Shown here: in pieces, positions 58,215 through 64,000 of the stretch
Position numbering within the stretch: position 1 is the stretch's first letter
How the letters are laid out: each line of letters begins with the position of its first letter
Virus record (IMG/VR): IMGVR_UViG_3300042890_004365
Span: 1 to 64,000 of that record
Origin: a virus
Taxonomy: Duplodnaviria > Caudoviricetes
Length of the DNA stretch: 64,000 nt
Direction: 5' to 3' (one strand)
Made by a program: the position numbers and the translations under genes
Notes under the pieces: generated by a model
What the model saw: only the letters and a program-made list of their open reading frames with translations
Database searches by the model: none
Told to the model about the DNA's origin: nothing

Positions 58215-59957
58215 TTAGTTAAGTAATCCTTGAGCATCAGAAACTTTGATAGTCATGAACTGTTTTTGTGGGTACCAACCAACTTCAGTTACAGCATATC
58301 TAGATCTAAGTAACATTCTTGGTGCGAATGTAGCCTCAGAGATGATGCTAATTGACTGAGCCATTAAGTAAGGTACGAAAATAATACCTGGTTGATCAGG
58401 GTTATTTTTTCTTCCTAAAACGATTCTGTTATCGTTATATCTCATGTATGGATCAACATAGATAGAGATGTCTCCGATTGAACCTACTGGGTACAATTGA
58501 CCTTGAGAGTTCATTTTAGATTTCAATGGGTTGATAGTGTATCCTGCAATATCTTGTAATGCTGCAGCTAAACCTCCATTTGTGATTAAGTATTGAGCTG
58601 GCCCAACACGTCCTTCTGTTGCAATGTAGTTAGAAGCATGAGCAATTTTCGTGATCAATTTTCTTTGTACAGCGTGAGTAGTTTCACCACCAATAGCACT
58701 AGTTCCAGTAGCATAAGTAGTATCTAAGTCAAACAAAGTTTGATTAGTGATAGCACCAGAGAAAGTACTTCCCGATAAAGGAGCATTTACTCTGTTTAAA
58801 TCTCCCATTTCGAAGATTTTATTAACAATTTGTTTAGAGATTGTTTGAGACAATTCATTAACAAGGATTGATTCCATTTTTTGAACGATATCCATACCTG
58901 TGTTAGCTTTGATGTCTTCAATCTCAGTTCTTCTAAGTGCAGAAGATACTTCAATAGTACCAACAGCAACTGTTTTAGAAGAGATTTTTGGTCCGATAAC
59001 TCCTGCGTAAGAATCATCATCTGTTTGTCTGTCCATTGGTGAAGATCCTGAAGATCTATCATTAGTTGTACTACCGTACCAGTTTGCAGAGAAACCAGGA
59101 ATGTGATCTTCTAAAGCAGATACTAATGAAACAGCAACATTTGTTAAACTAGATCCAGTTGCTGCAATTTTAGTAATTGCCGCAGTCATTGCTTGAGTTG
59201 GACCAAATGTATTTCTTGTAGCATCATAAGCCCAAGTTGCAGCAACAGAACCACCAGCAGCATAACCATTAGCAGTATTAGCTTGTCTATAAGCTCTAAA
59301 TATTGGAAAACCATCGATACGAGAGAATCCTAAGAATTCAACCTGATTAAGTTTTGAACCATTTTCTACAGTAGCGATATTTTTAGTAGTTGTACCAGTA
59401 GAAATGTCAGCAAACAATCTACCACCTGATAAACCACCTTGTGTTTCAGTAATTACTGGAGTACCTGTAGCTAAAGCAGTTCTTAAATTTGCTTGTACAG
59501 TAGTTAATTCAGTAGCAGTAACTTTAAAAACTTGTGGTTTTTCGTCTGCAGCACCTGTACGAGTATCATCATATTGAAAGTCAATATAAAGTAAATCGAT
59601 TTTCGGACCTGGAGTTGGTTTAACAGCAACTAAGTCAAGACCAATTGTTTGAGCAGCAATTTTCATTGCAACTGGTAACAAGTTTTGACCAACATCACCT
59701 GAACCAATTGTTCCTACTGTTGTTGTTGTAGCTGGACTACCACCTACTGTTTGACCTGCATAAAAAGCTGGTTGAGCAGCTAAAACTGAACCCATACCTG
59801 CTACGTTTGAAGCGTTTACATACGCATTCTCGTTGATTGAGTGAAATTCAGCATATTCTGACATCCATTCTACTCTATCACCTGTAACTCCCATGTTTTC
59901 CAACACTGGAGACCATTTTTTCATGGCTTTTTGATTATCTATTCTAATGTGTGACAT
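58215..59957 (-). CDS. Major capsid protein, T4 gp23-like
   Basis: KKWSPVLE, AQTIGLDLVAVKP, NELSQTISKQI, IYVDPY, FVPY, FAPRMLLRSRYA motifs; start moved to MSHIRID. Confidence 0.9.
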   Translation of the reverse strand: MSHIRIDNQKAMKKWSPVLENMGVTGDRVEWMSEYAEFHSINENAYVNASNVAGMGSVLAAQPAFYAGQTVGGSPATTTTVGTIGSGDVGQNLLPVAMKIAAQTIGLDLVAVKPTPGPKIDLLYIDFQYDDTRTGAADEKPQVFKVTATELTTVQANLRTALATGTPVITETQGGLSGGRLFADISTGTTTKNIATVENGSKLNQVEFLGFSRIDGFPIFRAYRQANTANGYAAGGSVAATWAYDATRNTFGPTQAMTAAITKIAATGSSLTNVAVSLVSALEDHIPGFSANWYGSTTNDRSSGSSPMDRQTDDDSYAGVIGPKISSKTVAVGTIEVSSALRRTEIEDIKANTGMDIVQKMESILVNELSQTISKQIVNKIFEMGDLNRVNAPLSGSTFSGAITNQTLFDLDTTYATGTSAIGGETTHAVQRKLITKIAHASNYIATEGRVGPAQYLITNGGLAAALQDIAGYTINPLKSKMNSQGQLYPVGSIGDISIYVDPYMRYNDNRIVLGRKNNPDQPGIIFVPYLMAQSISIISEATFAPRMLLRSRYAVTEVGWYPQKQFMTIKVSDAQGLLN

Positions 59958-60044
59958 AAAATTTTTATTTTTTTTTAGTTTTTTTATAATACTATATATA
60001 TCCTTGTTTTTACTCGTTTTTGACAAGTATGGATTTTTTATAGA

Positions 60045-62222
60045 TTATATACTTTTGAATCTTTCCATTATTGCAGTCATCTCATTATCAGACAATTTGT
60101 CTTCTTGGATTAAAGCTTCGTGTGCTACTAATTTCTTAGTTGTAGATTCATTTTTTTTGATATTTCTAGTTCCCCAGAAATGCTCAATTTGATTTTCAGT
60201 TTTTAATACGTCCTCTGGATATAATCTAGCTTGTGACAAGATAGATTTTTTAGCAGATTCGTTTAACTGACCCCAGATTGGCTTAATGTTTTCCGGCATC
60301 AATCTGATTACTCTTTCTTCAAGAGATTCATTCTTTGTTGATAATGACTCTGCAATCAATGTAAGAACTTCTTTCTGTGTAAAATAACTACTTTCGTTTA
60401 TATGTAGTTTAACATTTTCTTGTTCTTCGTCTGATAGTGCATAAAAGCTATCAACTTGTGATTTGTTTAAGAACTTTAAAAAGTTCAAATCACTGCTTTC
60501 AGAAACTTTACGTTTTTTAGCTTCTTCAATTAATTTATTTATTGATTCAGAAAGTTCTGAGTCTTCTTCACCACTAAATTCTGGTAATTCTTGACCTTCT
60601 TCTTCTAAACCTTCGTGTTCTTCACCTTCGTGTTCTTCACCTTCGTGTCCAGCAGCAAATTCAGCAGCATCTTCAGCAAATTCTTTAGCCTCTTCAGCAA
60701 ATTCTTTAGCTTCTTCCGCGAAATCTTCGTGTCCTTCGTGTCCTGTGAATTCTTCATCTTCTCCAGCAAATTCATCATCATTTTCTTCAAAACCAGCGTC
60801 TTGTAATGTAGGGAATTGAGCTTCATCACCTTCAGCAGATTCATTTAATTTAAAACCACCATTTAATCTTTCAACGATCATTCCTTGATAAGAGATAGAT
60901 TTATCTAAACTTTCTGCAACATATTCTGAGTAAGCGATATTATCATCTAAATGTTCAGCAATGTATTCTGAGTAAGCAATGTTACCTTCAACATGCTCAG
61001 CTAAGTATTCAGAGTAAGCAATTGAGTTATCAACATTCTCAGCAATATATTCTGAGTAAGCGATGTTTTTGTCTAAGTTTTCTGCGATATATTCTGAGTA
61101 AGCAATATTCTTATCTAAGTTTTCAGCCAAGTATTCAGAATATTCAATGTTTTTGTCTAAGTTTTCAGCTAAGTATTCTGAGTAAGAGATATTTTTATCT
61201 AAGTTCTCAGCGATATATTCTGAATAATTAATGTTTTTGTCTAAGTTTTCAGCTAAGTACTCAGAGTATTCAATGTTTTTGTCTAAGTTTTCAGCAACAT
61301 ATTCAGAGTAAGCAATAGCTTTTTCTAAATTTTCTGCTAAATAATCATTGTGTTTAGCTAATTTATCAGTTGTATCTTTTAATGATTTATTTTCATTAAC
61401 TACAACTTGGATTTTGTCCGCCAAATAATCTAAATATTTAGCAACTTGTGAATTAGTATTATTTAATTCTTCATAATACTCTAACAATTGTTCCAATTTC
61501 TGTGGGCTCATATTACCTTTTGAAATTGCGTTTTTTACTTCACTTTTTGTTGAAGCAATCTCTTTAACCAAATACTGTGAATAGTCACTTAACTGTTTCT
61601 TGGTTACAAATTCATCTTTGTTCATATTGAATAGTTCATTTATTTTTGACTCGTCAGATAATTCATATATCCTAAAGTTATTTTTTTCGATTTGTCCTTC
61701 TGGGCAAAAACCTAACGATTCATTTAATACTCTAACACTCATTTTTGCCGATGCAAATCCAGGATCTGCAACAATGTCATAAGTGAAAAGTTTTTTCAAT
61801 GATACTGAACCATCTGATTCTGTTATACCAGCAGCTCTTGATGATACAAAAACTGGACATCCGTCATCAACTAATGATTTAGCTTCTTTACCCCAGTAAG
61901 TACTTAGTAATTTTATTTCTCCAGCAACAATGTTCTTTTCAGTAACAAATTCTGCTTTTGTAATAATGTGTGATGCTCTTGATAACGAAGTATCAAAAAC
62001 ATCCGGGTGATCGAATTCACCATAAACAACACCTAGGCTGCTCATTCTTTCATTCATTTCTTGTAATGCTGGTAAAAATTTCTCAGCTTGATATATCCTC
62101 TCATTACGATTCTTTATACCAAACTCAGTAAAAGTACCACCCAATACATACTCCTTATTAGTAGAGGCTGACTCTCTAATAAGCGAACTTGTTGAATTTT
62201 CTACTATTAAAACCGGTTTCAT
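60045..62222 (-). CDS. Prohead protease (gp21-like) fused to a repeat/acidic scaffold region
   Basis: KNRNERIY, GEFDHP, VSSRAAG, TYDIVADPG motifs, then 14-aa repeats and an acidic linker. Confidence 0.9.
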   Translation of the reverse strand: MKPVLIVENSTSSLIRESASTNKEYVLGGTFTEFGIKNRNERIYQAEKFLPALQEMNERMSSLGVVYGEFDHPDVFDTSLSRASHIITKAEFVTEKNIVAGEIKLLSTYWGKEAKSLVDDGCPVFVSSRAAGITESDGSVSLKKLFTYDIVADPGFASAKMSVRVLNESLGFCPEGQIEKNNFRIYELSDESKINELFNMNKDEFVTKKQLSDYSQYLVKEIASTKSEVKNAISKGNMSPQKLEQLLEYYEELNNTNSQVAKYLDYLADKIQVVVNENKSLKDTTDKLAKHNDYLAENLEKAIAYSEYVAENLDKNIEYSEYLAENLDKNINYSEYIAENLDKNISYSEYLAENLDKNIEYSEYLAENLDKNIAYSEYIAENLDKNIAYSEYIAENVDNSIAYSEYLAEHVEGNIAYSEYIAEHLDDNIAYSEYVAESLDKSISYQGMIVERLNGGFKLNESAEGDEAQFPTLQDAGFEENDDEFAGEDEEFTGHEGHEDFAEEAKEFAEEAKEFAEDAAEFAAGHEGEEHEGEEHEGLEEEGQELPEFSGEEDSELSESINKLIEEAKKRKVSESSDLNFLKFLNKSQVDSFYALSDEEQENVKLHINESSYFTQKEVLTLIAESLSTKNESLEERVIRLMPENIKPIWGQLNESAKKSILSQARLYPEDVLKTENQIEHFWGTRNIKKNESTTKKLVAHEALIQEDKLSDNEMTAIMERFKSI
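60890..61350 (-). repeat. 42-bp coding tandem repeat (10 copies of NIxYSEY[LIV]AENLDK plus 2 degenerate)
   Basis: Ten YSEY units counted in the translation; DNA repeats are contiguous with synonymous variation. Confidence 0.9.
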
Positions 62223-62408
62223 TTAAAATAATTATTTTTTGTAGTTATTACGATGGTATATATTTAACCTGTAAAACAATAAAATTTTAAAGGTGGATTC
62301 TTTATGGTAAAAATCTTTTTTTAATTTTTATTAGGTATATCTACTGGATTTTTTATCTTTGTAAAAGTTTTGGAGGAGAAATGCTAATTTTAATAAATAC
62401 TTAAAAAA

Positions 62409-62816
62409 ATGCGGTTTTTTATGATCCTATCAAGAGAGATAAATGTAAAAATCACTGAGTCAAATTACAACTATTATGATGATTTAGGATATGATGTATA
62501 TATAAGTGAAGAAATTGTAATTCCAGTTGAATTACTACCAAAAGGATCACATTACAAAATCAAGTGTAAATGTGACACTTGTGGAATTGAAAAAGAAGTA
62601 ATCTATAAGAACTACTTAAAATATGATAATGATTGGGGAGATTATTATTGTAGAAAGTGTTCTGAAGTTAAAAGAAAAGAAACATTAAGAAAAAATTTCG
62701 GAGTTGATTATCCGATACAGAATAAAAAAGTTTTAGAAAAGATGAAGAAAACATTAGTACAGAAGTATGGAGTAGATAACATTTCTAAAAACAAAAAAAA
62801 ATTAAATAATGAATAA
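62409..62816 (+). CDS. Zn-finger protein with KYGVDN-type repeats (homing-endonuclease-associated module lacking a nuclease domain)
   Basis: GSHYKIKCKCDTCG, YYCRKC, NFGVDYP and KYGVDNISK. Confidence 0.6.
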   Translation: MRFFMILSREINVKITESNYNYYDDLGYDVYISEEIVIPVELLPKGSHYKIKCKCDTCGIEKEVIYKNYLKYDNDWGDYYCRKCSEVKRKETLRKNFGVDYPIQNKKVLEKMKKTLVQKYGVDNISKNKKKLNNE

Positions 62817-64000
62817 AATTAAAGAAGATAGTGTTTTTGAGGGCACTATCGATTTCGCAAACAGCGGAAATGCCTCAATAAATATAGGAGATAAAAATCT
62901 CTTCATATTTAAGAAAAATACACTTAACTCACTTAATGGTGATAAAGTTAAAGTTAAAGTAATAACTAAGAACAATAAAATTGAAGCTGAAGTTATTGAA
63001 GTTCTCGAAAGATTCAGAACACAATTTGTTGGTAAAGTACAAATAAACAAAGAAAATAAAAGACTTATCTTTGTAGTACCTGACAGTCAGAAAATAGGTG
63101 TCGACTTTTATATAAAAGGGGAAAACGATGCAGTACATGATCAAAAAGTTCTTGTCGAACTAATCGACTGGGAACCAGGAACAAAATCACCAAAAGCAAA
63201 AATAGTAGAGATACTTGGTAGTTCAGGTGATAATAATACAGAAATGAACTCAATTATGTATGAGTACGGTTTACCTAACAACTTTCCTTTAATGGTAGAA
63301 GCCGAAGCGGAATTGATAGACTTCACAATTCCAGAATCAGAAATCAGTAACAGACGAGATTTAAGAAATATCACAACATTTACAATTGATCCAGTCGACG
63401 CCAAAGATTTTGACGACGCACTTTCGGTTAATATACTCGATGATAATACAGTAGAAGTAGGTATACATATTGCAGATGTTTCACATTATATTAAAGAAGG
63501 TGGAATAATTGATGAAGAAGCTATTAAAAGAGCAACATCAGTTTACTTAGTTGATAGATGTGTACCAATGCTACCAGAAAGATTAAGTAATGGAGTGTGC
63601 TCATTAAGACCTAATGAAGATAAACTTTGTTTCTCTGTTATTGTTAAACTAAATAATGACGGACAAATACTTGATAAATGGTTTGGAAAAACTATTATAC
63701 ATTCAGATAGAAGATACTCTTATGAAGAAGCTCAAGAAATAATTGAAGGTAAAGACGGTGATTTTAAAACTGAAATACTTTTATTAGATTCGATTGCTAA
63801 GAAAATGAGAAAACAAAGAATAAATGACGGTTCTATCGAAATGGGTGGAATTGAAGTAAGATTTCAATTAGATCCAACTACTAAGAAACCAACAGGTGTT
63901 TATTTTAAAACTCAAAAAGATGCAAATAAACTGATTGAGGAATATATGTTACTTGCAAATAAATTAGTTGCGAAACTTCTTTATGATGCTAAGTATCACA
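62809..64000 (+). CDS. rnr: Ribonuclease R (runs off the window; not in the ORF track)
   Basis: ATG at 62809: MNKIKEDSVFEGTIDF...LNGDKVKV. RNB motifs RRDLRNITTFTIDPVDAKDFDDALS, VGIHIADVSHY, RATSVYLVDRCVPMLPERLSNGVCSLRP. Confidence 0.93.
   Translation, partial: MNKIKEDSVFEGTIDFANSGNASINIGDKNLFIFKKNTLNSLNGDKVKVKVITKNNKIEAEVIEVLERFRTQFVGKVQINKENKRLIFVVPDSQKIGVDFYIKGENDAVHDQKVLVELIDWEPGTKSPKAKIVEILGSSGDNNTEMNSIMYEYGLPNNFPLMVEAEAELIDFTIPESEISNRRDLRNITTFTIDPVDAKDFDDALSVNILDDNTVEVGIHIADVSHYIKEGGIIDEEAIKRATSVYLVDRCVPMLPERLSNGVCSLRPNEDKLCFSVIVKLNNDGQILDKWFGKTIIHSDRRYSYEEAQEIIEGKDGDFKTEILLLDSIAKKMRKQRINDGSIEMGGIEVRFQLDPTTKKPTGVYFKTQKDANKLIEEYMLLANKLVAKLLYDAKYH

Noticed and set aside
59958-60026. 23-aa N-terminal extension of the capsid protein (and similar extensions at 844, 36979, 38096, 42220, 58182)
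   Set aside because: These extensions span promoter boxes, A-rich leaders or neighbouring genes; downstream AUGs fit better.
60890-61350. 42-bp repeats as a CRISPR array
   Set aside because: Repeats are contiguous with no unique spacers, stay in frame and vary mainly at synonymous positions. No cas genes are seen.
62802-63404. Four short minus-strand ORFs at the window end
   Set aside because: Antisense to the RNase R gene, which the ORF track missed because it has no stop inside the window.
1-64000. Stop-codon recoding (TAG or TGA), as in some huge phages
   Set aside because: Standard-code ORFs tile the window densely and conserved proteins are intact. TAG and TGA occur at plausible gene ends.

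Overview
This 64 kb, very AT-rich, densely coding window is part of a T4-like jumbo/huge myophage genome read in the standard code. The host is probably Bacteroidota (Flavobacteria-like): there are TTTG-N19-TAnnTTTG promoters, no Shine-Dalgarno sites, a Bacteroidota-type lipoprotein and a tmRNA tag starting with Gly. Core genes: major capsid protein, prohead protease fused to a 14-aa-repeat scaffold, baseplate and tail-fibre genes with GH24, M15 and degenerate L,D-transpeptidase-like domains, UvsW, UvsY-like, primase, a probable sliding clamp and the C-terminal half of a split family-B polymerase. Main points: (1) A translation rescue/quality-control set: an unannotated tmRNA (53158-53535, minus) with a 29-aa tag and a GGCAGUA T-loop, plus ClpP, RNase R, a stand-alone NFACT-R domain and IF3. 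(2) About 16 unrelated proteins, many of them enzymes, share an N-terminal leader resembling the T4 capsid-targeting sequence; the scaffold repeats resemble it too. (3) Several promoter classes, including an ATATATA box exactly 4-5 nt before the ATG of 16 genes (probable leaderless mRNAs) and an AAAC-N17/18-TATA(A/T) class that also reveals a candidate ~65-nt small RNA. (4) An amidoligase / 'SCM' protein / M28 peptidase set with early and late paralog pairs. (5) A PlcP-like phosphoesterase plus glycosyltransferase pair. All functional calls come from motif recognition by eye, not database searches.
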